From Candidatus Latescibacterota bacterium (GTDB lineage Bacteria > Latescibacterota > UBA2968 > UBA8231), in the NCBI GenBank assembly GCA_965223905.1, contig CBDCXV010000010.1, positions 1,984,001 through 2,048,000 on the forward strand: DNA of 64,000 nt, read 5' to 3'. Under the pieces are notes generated by a model, which had not been told where the DNA came from, made no database searches, and saw nothing but the letters and a program-made list of their open reading frames with translations. Every line of letters starts with the position of its first letter. Position 1 is the stretch's first letter. Made by a program: the position numbers and the translations under genes. Below, in pieces: positions 28,563 to 37,284 of the stretch.

Positions 28563-31199
28563 ATGAAATGGATGTGGGCGGCAGCGTTGTTGTCGGCAGG
28601 ACTTGCATGGGCGCAGGGCACGGCGCTTTCACCAACTGCACACCGGACAGTTCCGACGGAGCGTCCGAGCGAAAACATCGCCCTCGGGGCGAGCTACACG
28701 ATGGAGCCCAGGCCGAATTACGGGCATTGCTCGGACCCCGGTGATTCCGAGCAACTGACAGATGGCGTCTACACGGAGGGCTATTTCTGGGTGCAGAAGT
28801 CGACGGTGGGCTACGCGGAAAAGACGCCGTCGATGGTGACGATTGACTTGGGCGAGGTGAAGCCGATACGGGGGGTGTCCTACCACACCGCTGGGGGGTT
28901 TGCCAGCGTGCACTGGCCGCTGACGATCCGCATCCTCGTCGCGGGCGAAGATAAAGAGTTCCACGAGATCGGCGACCTCGTCCAGTTGAGTGAGGCACAA
29001 CACGGGCCGCTCGCGCCGATGAGGGCGACCGATGCCATGTGGGCCCTCGACGGGATGGGTTTCAGCCAGGCCGAAATACACCATCACTACCACCACGAGC
29101 GGGATCGCTATCCAGAGAAGATGACCCCCGAACTGCGTGAGCAGATCCGCCTTGATCTCCACGAATACCGTGCCGAGCACTATGGGACGTATCGCTACTG
29201 GACCGACCGCCTGCGGACGCACGGGCGCTATGTCAGCCTGGTCGTGTGGAACGAGCCGTACACCTTCGTGGACGAGATCGAGGTCTACGCTGGAGAGCCG
29301 GAGTGGGTGAATGAGCCGTTGCCAGGACCGTCCGTCGGAGACGTGGCCACCTTTGCGCGCGGGCTTGCCAACCAGAAAGGGATTCGGACGCGCCTGACGG
29401 GGGACATCGAGGCCTTGAGAGCGGCGGCGGACGACGGCGTGCCGGCACAGACACGAACTGACGTACTGGACGAGCTGGCGGCCGTCGAAGCGAACTTGGG
29501 ACAGGCCAGCATGGCGTTCGGGGATGACTTCGAGGCCGTGCTGCCGCTGAATTCGTGGCACGAACGGGTGCTGCGAACGCAGGCGTGGCTGTGGCGCGGC
29601 AGGGGTCTGGAGCCACTCACGTTCTGGCACTCGGATCTGTGGGACCCGGTTCCCCTCATCGGCACACCGGACACGGAGGCGGAGCTGGCCGTCGACGTGC
29701 ATCTGATGCGTGGGGAACACCGCGCGGGGGCGTTCAATGTGAGCAACAGCAGCGACGAGGCGATGCAGGTCGCGTTTCGGTTGAGCGGTCTGCCTGGGGG
29801 CGATAATCCGGAGTACGTGACCGTTCACGAGGTGATCTGGACAGACACGCGCAAAGGCGTACCGGTCGCGGCCGCGCTGCCCGAAGTCGCTGCCGAAAGT
29901 GACATGTTTACGGTGACCGTGCCCGCCGGCATGACGCGGCAAGTGTGGTTGACCTTCCATCCGGTCGACGTGGAGCCAGGCACCTATGAAGGAGAAGTCG
30001 TCGTGGAGTCCGTGCCCGGGGGCAAGCGGTTTCCGTTGCGCATGCACCTGTATCCCCTGGATTTTCCGGAGAAGCAGACGTTGCACTTCGGTGGATGGGA
30101 CTACACGGACCGGATCAGTCCTTCCCGTCTCATAACAGAGCAGAACCGGTTGGAGTTCATCGAGCACCTGCGCGAACACCGCGTCGACTCACCGTGGGCC
30201 GTCAAGCTGGCGCTGCCGCGCGGCACGCACGATGCGAACGGGGCGATGACGGCGCCACCATCCACCGGCTACTTCGATGCCTGGATCGAATTGTGGCCGG
30301 ACGCCGCCCAGTACATGGTGTTCGCGAAGGTGGGCGTCAATTTCGAGTCGTTGCCCATGGGCACGCCGGAGTTCAATACCGCGGTGAAAGCGTGGGTGAC
30401 CTTCTGGGCCGATTACATCAGATCAAAAGGGATATCACCGGAACAGTTCGCGCTGCTGCTGGTGGATGAGCCTGACGAGCCGCATCTGGACGAGCGCATC
30501 CTGATGTGGGCGAGGCCGATCCACGAAGCCGACACAGGAATGCGCATCTGGGAGGATGTAACCCACATGGACATGCTCGAAGCGAATCAGGAGATGATCG
30601 ACGCCTGCCATGTGTTGAGCCCGAACTACGTATCCTTCCTGAGACAGGGCGAGAAGTATCGCAACTACTTCCTGAACAAGCGCGATCAGGGGATCGCCCT
30701 CGAGTTCTACGCAGCGTGGACGGATCGGGTCTTCGATCCGTACTCTGGTCGCCTCATGGCGTGGACGAGTTGGCGCTACGGTGCTGAGGGCATCTACATG
30801 TGGTCGTTCAGTGACACGGGTGGCGCCTCATCGTGGAAAGAGTACCTGGCACTCAAGAGCACCTACGCGCCCCTGTTCATCGACGAGGAATCGATAACGG
30901 CGGGAAAACACCTTGAGGCGGCCCGGGAAGGGATCCAGGATTACGAGTACTTCGTGATGTTGGACCGGGCGATCCAGGAAGCCTCTGCACAGGGGATGAC
31001 AGGTCCGGAATTGGAGCAAGCTCGGCAATTGCTGGAGAGCCTGCCGGCCAGCGTCTGCGAAGCGGCCGGCCACCGGGATGGGCTCGACGACGACAAACCG
31101 TTGGGTGGTATGCACTGGCTGAACGACGTGGACCGGACGCTGGCGGACGAGGCGCGGATTCAGATGCTGGCGGCGTTGACTAAGCTGGCTGAGCGCTGA
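28563..31199 (+). CDS. Secreted GH123/DUF4091-like protein, paralogue 2
   Basis: Signal peptide; collinear with the 12775 gene but with a ~50-aa His-rich insert and no FlgD tail; LLVDEPDE; AAREGIQDYEYF. Confidence 0.8.
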   Translation: MKWMWAAALLSAGLAWAQGTALSPTAHRTVPTERPSENIALGASYTMEPRPNYGHCSDPGDSEQLTDGVYTEGYFWVQKSTVGYAEKTPSMVTIDLGEVKPIRGVSYHTAGGFASVHWPLTIRILVAGEDKEFHEIGDLVQLSEAQHGPLAPMRATDAMWALDGMGFSQAEIHHHYHHERDRYPEKMTPELREQIRLDLHEYRAEHYGTYRYWTDRLRTHGRYVSLVVWNEPYTFVDEIEVYAGEPEWVNEPLPGPSVGDVATFARGLANQKGIRTRLTGDIEALRAAADDGVPAQTRTDVLDELAAVEANLGQASMAFGDDFEAVLPLNSWHERVLRTQAWLWRGRGLEPLTFWHSDLWDPVPLIGTPDTEAELAVDVHLMRGEHRAGAFNVSNSSDEAMQVAFRLSGLPGGDNPEYVTVHEVIWTDTRKGVPVAAALPEVAAESDMFTVTVPAGMTRQVWLTFHPVDVEPGTYEGEVVVESVPGGKRFPLRMHLYPLDFPEKQTLHFGGWDYTDRISPSRLITEQNRLEFIEHLREHRVDSPWAVKLALPRGTHDANGAMTAPPSTGYFDAWIELWPDAAQYMVFAKVGVNFESLPMGTPEFNTAVKAWVTFWADYIRSKGISPEQFALLLVDEPDEPHLDERILMWARPIHEADTGMRIWEDVTHMDMLEANQEMIDACHVLSPNYVSFLRQGEKYRNYFLNKRDQGIALEFYAAWTDRVFDPYSGRLMAWTSWRYGAEGIYMWSFSDTGGASSWKEYLALKSTYAPLFIDEESITAGKHLEAAREGIQDYEYFVMLDRAIQEASAQGMTGPELEQARQLLESLPASVCEAAGHRDGLDDDKPLGGMHWLNDVDRTLADEARIQMLAALTKLAER

Positions 31200-31261
31200 G
31201 ATCAAAACGTACCTCCCGCCGAAGACATGTGGGAGGACTGGTCGGATGAGGTGAGACAAGC

Positions 31262-32044
31262 ATGAACGGTCCGCTTTCTGCAACGCAGGTGGCATCTTTC
31301 CAACGAGACGGTTTTCTCGTCGTCGAGGACGTGTTGAGCGCGGACGAGGTCGCGACCCTCGCCGAGCGAGCGGATCTGATCGCGGCGGGAGAAACCGACC
31401 ACATACCCGACGCGAGCGTTCAGCTGGAGCCCGTCTTCCTCTCGGGAGAGAGGGCGGTCGAGGACCAGGTGCTCTCGGTGCGCAAGCTCTCCAACATCGC
31501 CGTCTACGACCCGGTGATGTGGGAGCACGCGACCCATCCCAAGATCGTCGACATCATCGCCGCGCTGCTGGGTACCGACGACCTGAAGATGTACGGCGAC
31601 CAGCTCTTCATGAAGGCGCCGGAGATCGGCCGTGCCAAGGCCTGGCATCAGGATTCGGCCTCGTGGCGCGACATCCTGCCCATGGATCTGGTGTCGGCGT
31701 GGACGGCCATCGACACAGCCACCCTCGACAACGGCTGCCTGCACTTCGCCCCCGGGACCCATCGCTGGGGCATGCTGAACGGGCGCCAGCTCGAGCCTTT
31801 CCTACCAGACCTCGACGGCGGCCGCTGGCCCAGCGTGCCGGTGCCGCTGCGTGCGGGCAGCGTCAGCTTTCACCACAGCCTCACCCTTCACAGCAGCGGC
31901 CCCAATCAAACCGCCACGCGCCGTCGCGGGTACGCCGTCCACTACATGCGGGCGACGTCGATCAAGGACGAGGCGGTGACGGACGCCCCGAAGATGCCAC
32001 CGTTCAAGCAGGTGCGCGGCAACTCGTTTCCGGGCCGCGTCTGA
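31262..32044 (+). CDS. Phytanoyl-CoA dioxygenase (PhyH) family Fe(II)/2OG dioxygenase
   Basis: FQRDGFLVVEDV, WHQD, AWTAID...NGCL, FHHSLTLHSSGPN...RR. Confidence 0.9.
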   Translation: MNGPLSATQVASFQRDGFLVVEDVLSADEVATLAERADLIAAGETDHIPDASVQLEPVFLSGERAVEDQVLSVRKLSNIAVYDPVMWEHATHPKIVDIIAALLGTDDLKMYGDQLFMKAPEIGRAKAWHQDSASWRDILPMDLVSAWTAIDTATLDNGCLHFAPGTHRWGMLNGRQLEPFLPDLDGGRWPSVPVPLRAGSVSFHHSLTLHSSGPNQTATRRRGYAVHYMRATSIKDEAVTDAPKMPPFKQVRGNSFPGRV

Positions 32045-32229
32045 GCCGAATCGCGATGGGTCGCGACGTGACCATCGATCGTACCGGCTCGCCCTTTACA
32101 GCAGTCCGAGCTCGAGTTCGCAGCCTGATTCACGACAGGTTGTGATCCCCAGAGTTGCCGAAACCGCCGAGTGGCCGTCGGACACATCCCGCTCTAGCGA
32201 TCCCGCAGCGAATCCCGCCCGTCGCGCAC

Positions 32230-32355
32230 ACCGACGCAGACCCAAACCTCATCTGCTGCACGACTCCACCAGCGAGTCGCGCAACCCAGACATCAATCTT
32301 GACTGGCTCCTGATAATGCCCTTCCGTACCTGCGCCGGTCACAGGGCACCCCCTA
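32230..32355 (+). repeat. Conserved non-coding leader element, copy 1 (upstream of paralogue 3)
   Basis: ~125-nt match to 37115-37242 including hairpin cgactc-caccagc-gagtcg and catcaatcttgac.ggctcc.gataatgcccttccgtacc. Confidence 0.8.
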
Positions 32356-32404
32356 CTCTTTGCATCTCGAGAGGGAGGGATTCATCAGATATGAGGGACA
32401 GGCG

Positions 32405-35050
32405 ATGAAGTGGGCATGGACAGCGGTAGGGTTGTTGATGGCGGGACAGGCGTGGGCGCAGGAATCGGCGCTTTCACCAACTGCACACAGGACGATTCCG
32501 ACGGAGCGTCCGAGCGAAAACATCGCGCTCGGGGCGAGCTACACGATGGAGCCGGGGCCGAATTACGGCCTTTGCACCGACCCCGGTGATTACGAGCAGC
32601 TGACGGACGGGGTCTATACGGAAGGCTTTTTCTGGGCGCAGAAGTCGACGGTGGGCTACCAGGAAAAGACACCTTCGATCGTGACCCTGGACCTGGGTGC
32701 AGTGAAACCGATACGGGGAGTGTCGTACCACACGGCGGGGGGGTTCATGGACTCGACATTTCCGCTGACGATCCGCATCCTCGTGGCAGATGCAGATAAG
32801 CAGTTTCATGAAGTTGGCGACCTGGTACAGTTGAGTGAGGAGCAACACGGACCGCTCGCGCCGATGAGGGCGACCGATGCCATGTGGGCGGTGGACACGG
32901 TGGGTTTCAGACAGGACCAGATCCACTATCACTACAACCTCAACCGGGATCGCTTCCCGGAGAAAATGACCCCCGAACTACGTGAGCAGGTCCTCAGCGA
33001 TCTCTACAAAACTCGCGCCGAGCAGTATGGGACGTACCGCTACTGGACGGACCGGCTGCGGACGCACGGGCGCTACGTCAGCCTGATTGTGTGGAACGAT
33101 CCGTACACGTTCGTGGACGAGATCGAGGTCTACGCAGGAGAGCCGGAGTGGGTGGATGAGCCGCTGCCGGGACCGGCCATCACGGACGTCAAGGTGTATG
33201 CGGGCCGGCTCGCCATCGAGAAAGGAATTCGGACCCGCCTGACGCAGGACATCGAGGCCTTGCGGCAGACGGCCGAAGAAGAGGGCATCCCGGCGCAGAC
33301 ACAGAGCGCTGTGTTGGGCGAGCTGGCGACTGTGGAGGCGAATATGCGGCAGGCCAGCAGGGCGTTCGGCGATGACTTCGAGGCCGTGCTGCCGCTGAAC
33401 TCGTGGCACGAACGGGTCCTGCAAACTCAAGCCCGACTCTGGCGCGCCAGGGGATTGGAGCACCTCACCTTCTGGCGCTCAAATCTGTGGGATCCCCTAC
33501 CCCTCATCGGCACGCCGGACACGACAGCGGATCTGGCCGTCGACGTGCACCTGATGCGCAAGGAGCACCGGGCGGCCGCGTTCAATGTGAGCAACAGCAG
33601 TGACGAGCCGATGCAGGTCGCCTTCCGCTTGAGCGGGCTTCCCGGGGGCGACAATCCGGAGTACGTGACCGTTCACGAGGTGATCTGGACGGACACGCGC
33701 AGCGGTGTGCCGGTGGCGGCGGCGTTACCAGAGATTACTGTTGACAACGGTCTGTATGCGGTTTCCGTACCGTCAGGTATGACCCGACAGGTGTGGCTGA
33801 CCTTCAATCCGGTCGACGTGAAGCCGGGCGTGTACGAGGGAGAGGTCGTCGTAGAGTCGACGCCCGGGGGCAAGCGATTTCCACTGCGCATGCACCTGTA
33901 TCCCCTGGATTTCCCTGAGCAGCAGACCCTTCACATGGGCGGGTGGGACTACACCGACCGGATCGGTCATTTCCCCTACATAACAGCGCAGAACCGGTCG
34001 GCCATCGTCGAACATTTGCGCGAACATCGCGTCGACTCGCCATGGGCTCTCAAGCTGGCACTGCCGCGCGGCACCCACGATGCGACCGGGGCGATGACGG
34101 CACCCCCCTCCACCGACTACCTCGACGCGTGGATCGAGCTGTGGCCGGATGCCGCTCAGTACATGGTGTTCGCGAAGGTGGGTGACAACTTCGAGTCGTT
34201 GCCCATGGGCACCCCGGAATTCGAAACCGCGGTAAAGGCGTGGGTCCAGTTCTGGGAAGGCTATATCAAGTCAAAAGGTTTACGGCCGGAGCAGTTCGCG
34301 CTGCTGCTGGTGGATGAGCCTAACGAACCGTACCAGGACGCGCGCATCCTGGCGTGGGCGAGGCCGATCCGCGCGGCGGAAACGACAATGCGCATCTGGG
34401 AGGATGTGACCCATGAAGACATGAACGAAGCCGATGAAAACATGATCGACGCCTGCCACGTGTTGAGCCCGAACTACAACGCCTTCCTGTTCAAGGACCA
34501 GGACTATCGCGACTACTTCCTGAGCAAACGCGATCAGGGGATCGCCCTGGAGTACTACACGGCCTGGCTGAGTCGAGTTTTCGATCCGTACGCAGGCCGG
34601 ATCATGGCGTGGACGTGCTGGCGTTATGAGGCGGGGGCGTTCTACCTGTGGTCGCTGACGGACACGGGCCACGCGTCATCGTGGAACGAATATCTGACGA
34701 TCAAGAGCGCCTACTCCCCCATCTTCATCGACGAGGACTCGGTGACTGCGGGCAAACACCTCGAGGCGGCTAGGGAAGGAGTCCAGGACTACGAGTACTT
34801 CGCCATGCTGAACCGGGCGATCCATAGTGCCTCAGCTCGGGGGGTCAGCGGTCCGGAATTGGAGAATGCCCGTGAGTTGCTGGAGAGCCTGCCGGCCAGT
34901 GTCTGTGATGCGGCCGGCCACCGGGAAGGGCTCGACGGCGACCTGCCGTTGAGCGGTTTCCACTGGCTGAATGACAACGTCGACCGGACACTGGCGGACG
35001 AGGCGCGGATTCAGGTGCTGGTGGCGTTGACGGAGCTGGCCGGGCGCTAG
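32405..35050 (+). CDS. Secreted GH123/DUF4091-like protein, paralogue 3
   Basis: Signal peptide MKWAWTAVGLLMAGQAWA; LLVDEPNE; AAREGVQDYEYF. Confidence 0.8.
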   Translation: MKWAWTAVGLLMAGQAWAQESALSPTAHRTIPTERPSENIALGASYTMEPGPNYGLCTDPGDYEQLTDGVYTEGFFWAQKSTVGYQEKTPSIVTLDLGAVKPIRGVSYHTAGGFMDSTFPLTIRILVADADKQFHEVGDLVQLSEEQHGPLAPMRATDAMWAVDTVGFRQDQIHYHYNLNRDRFPEKMTPELREQVLSDLYKTRAEQYGTYRYWTDRLRTHGRYVSLIVWNDPYTFVDEIEVYAGEPEWVDEPLPGPAITDVKVYAGRLAIEKGIRTRLTQDIEALRQTAEEEGIPAQTQSAVLGELATVEANMRQASRAFGDDFEAVLPLNSWHERVLQTQARLWRARGLEHLTFWRSNLWDPLPLIGTPDTTADLAVDVHLMRKEHRAAAFNVSNSSDEPMQVAFRLSGLPGGDNPEYVTVHEVIWTDTRSGVPVAAALPEITVDNGLYAVSVPSGMTRQVWLTFNPVDVKPGVYEGEVVVESTPGGKRFPLRMHLYPLDFPEQQTLHMGGWDYTDRIGHFPYITAQNRSAIVEHLREHRVDSPWALKLALPRGTHDATGAMTAPPSTDYLDAWIELWPDAAQYMVFAKVGDNFESLPMGTPEFETAVKAWVQFWEGYIKSKGLRPEQFALLLVDEPNEPYQDARILAWARPIRAAETTMRIWEDVTHEDMNEADENMIDACHVLSPNYNAFLFKDQDYRDYFLSKRDQGIALEYYTAWLSRVFDPYAGRIMAWTCWRYEAGAFYLWSLTDTGHASSWNEYLTIKSAYSPIFIDEDSVTAGKHLEAAREGVQDYEYFAMLNRAIHSASARGVSGPELENARELLESLPASVCDAAGHREGLDGDLPLSGFHWLNDNVDRTLADEARIQVLVALTELAGR

Positions 35051-35247
35051 CTGGCGATTCGTTTTCAACCCAACACGCAGAACATCTGGCCGTTGCTGAG
35101 TGGCGAGAGCCCGGAGCCTGATGTGCGTCGGCTGTTTTGGAACTTCATGGGAGACAGGCAGCTCGCATGCATCGGATTCGCTCAGTCCAGCCGGCACGAC
35201 CTTGTCGCGGTGAGCAAGTCGCCCAGGCGGCCGCCGAATGAACGCAT

Positions 35248-36612
35248 CTACTGATTCCCTTCTACTTCGCCGCCGGTCGCAGGCAAGCCCACTGCGTATT
35301 CAGCTGCGGTGACTTCCGCCATGCCGTACAGGTCGCCGCTGCGCTCGAGGAGCACACCCGCCGAGCTATCCGGAAACCTGAAGAACCGAGGTTCTGGTCT
35401 GCCCACCACCAGCTCTGTGAGACTCGTCGGTTGCAGGGCGTCGTCCAGGAGATTGACCCGGAGCACGTCCGGGGGAATGCCAGCCGTTGTGTCCCTAACC
35501 GCGTAGACGGTGCCGGAGATCAGATCGCCGAAGAGGATATCGATCGACCTGAAGGACACGGAGCTGCCAACCGGCCCCGTAGCAGCTACATAAGCTTGAG
35601 TCTCGCGTCCCCACTGCGCGAGCGGTTGAATGAACCCCGCTTCGCCGACAGGAGCCTCATCCACCGCATTGCCGCTCGAATCGATATAGAACATCCCCTC
35701 CCTGACCCGTCCGTCCGCAGCATTCCGACCCCAGCCGAAATTCTCGATCGTAGCGGTATCCAACAGATCAGACAGCAGGACTCGGTTCAACTCTTCGGCG
35801 ATGTCCTTGCCAATGTCTACGAACTCTACATACGAATTCCCATCCCGCTGAGAGACTTCAAGCCTCTGCACATTTCGTATACCCTTGGCCAGAATAGTCC
35901 AGTCTCCGGTTTGAGAGTCAATCCGAACGATCTTGCCCAGATGTGAGATATCGTCCTGGGGGAACGTGCGCCCAACCTCAAAAGGGGCAGCGTTGTCGCC
36001 AACGGCCAGCAGGATCGAACCATCGTCCAGTACGGCAAGTCCCCCACTCTTGTGACCGTTGGGATTGAGCTCAAAAGCTCGAATGGGCAGCGGATCGGAA
36101 AGGCTCGTGCCATCAAAGTCGTAGCAGTAAATGACCTGGTAGGAGGAGCCATGGGCTCTTGGCGAAACGGCCACGGGTGTCCCCCCGGGCGTCGTGGAAG
36201 AGGTGAAGACTACATAGAGGAGGTCACCCGCATGGTTCGGGGCGGCATTGAGAATCCGCTCAGTGGCCCGCGATGGTTTCGCAGGTGCATCTTCAGGGGT
36301 CAGCAGCGTGTGGATGGTGCCGTTCGCATCCCGCCGATAAAGGAAGCCCGCCTGGTCGATCAGGATGAGGTCACCGCCAACCGCGACCGGCGACGTGGCG
36401 TTCGTTTTCTTCGCCCAGGCACTGCTCGCGGGCATGGTGCCCGAGTATGTCAGGCGGATGTAGATATCTGAATCACTGACGGCCGCCGGTTTCGGAGCTG
36501 GTGTCTGATCAGCCTTCACCAGACCACCCGACTTCTCCCCTGTGGCACAAGACGGAAGGCCTGCGAGTAGTGCAATGACAGAGATAAAGGCCAGTAGTCG
36601 TGTTTTCATCAT
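35248..36612 (-). CDS. PQQ-dependent sugar (glucose/sorbosone) dehydrogenase-family lipoprotein
   Basis: Lipobox-like LPSC; HKSGGL...LLAVGD...PQDDISHLGKIVRID...GIRN...EELN...NFGW pattern. Confidence 0.7.
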   Translation of the reverse strand: MMKTRLLAFISVIALLAGLPSCATGEKSGGLVKADQTPAPKPAAVSDSDIYIRLTYSGTMPASSAWAKKTNATSPVAVGGDLILIDQAGFLYRRDANGTIHTLLTPEDAPAKPSRATERILNAAPNHAGDLLYVVFTSSTTPGGTPVAVSPRAHGSSYQVIYCYDFDGTSLSDPLPIRAFELNPNGHKSGGLAVLDDGSILLAVGDNAAPFEVGRTFPQDDISHLGKIVRIDSQTGDWTILAKGIRNVQRLEVSQRDGNSYVEFVDIGKDIAEELNRVLLSDLLDTATIENFGWGRNAADGRVREGMFYIDSSGNAVDEAPVGEAGFIQPLAQWGRETQAYVAATGPVGSSVSFRSIDILFGDLISGTVYAVRDTTAGIPPDVLRVNLLDDALQPTSLTELVVGRPEPRFFRFPDSSAGVLLERSGDLYGMAEVTAAEYAVGLPATGGEVEGNQ

Positions 36613-36739
36613 TTGAACTATGGTGCTATTGAGAATGGCCCGGCGCTCCGAGTGTCATCAACCCAGTATCAACATGCACGCCTATTGCCGGACACTCTCC
36701 GGGCTGCGCCGAAATTCGCTCGGCGCTACGTCAAGATCA

Positions 36740-36985
36740 AGGTGTGCGGGGACAACGTGAGGTGGTCCTCGAGGAAATAGTAGTTGGGTTAGCCAGCAAG
36801 GGCTCTTCGTCGGCGAGCCGGTCGGCTTGCACGTCGTCAAGCAGACCGCGTTTCGCACACAGGCGGATGATCCGGTGCGCGCTCGTCTCCACGATCTGTT
36901 GCACATCGTCATCCCGCAAGCGCCGCACCGGTACGAACTGCGGCCTTTCGTCGGGGGCTACAGTGCCATCGGTCAGCAGGACCCA
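36740..36985 (-). pseudogene. IS91-family (rolling-circle) transposase fragment
   Basis: LLTDG...LRDDDVQQIVETSAHRIIRLCAKRGLL...EEPLLA resembles the IS91/ISCR transposase mid-region; a shifted frame just downstream reads ...PRGPP, similar to their C-termini. Confidence 0.5.
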
Positions 36986-37114
36986 AACAACGCCGCCGCC
37001 CAATTGCGCCTGGTCAACGAGAGATATCGTTTCCATAAGGTCAGCTACTCGACAGCCTCAGCGTCGCCATGCTCAGACTGCAGGGGGCATCTCCGCCGGG
37101 CTGTGAGGGACTTA

Positions 37115-37242
37115 ACCGACGCAGAACCCCAAACCTCACCTACTGCGCGACTCCACCAAAGAGTCGCGCTACCCCGACATCAATCTTGACCGGCTCCCGA
37201 TAATGCCCTTCCGTACCAGCTCCGATTACAAGGCACCCCTAA
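37115..37242 (+). repeat. Conserved non-coding leader element, copy 2 (upstream of paralogue 4)
   Basis: Match to 32230-32355; perfect 9-bp stem gcgcgactc-caccaaa-gagtcgcgc at 37145-37169. Confidence 0.8.
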
Positions 37243-37284
37243 CCCCTATCCCGGGAGAGTACTCGAGAGGAAAAGGATTCATTG

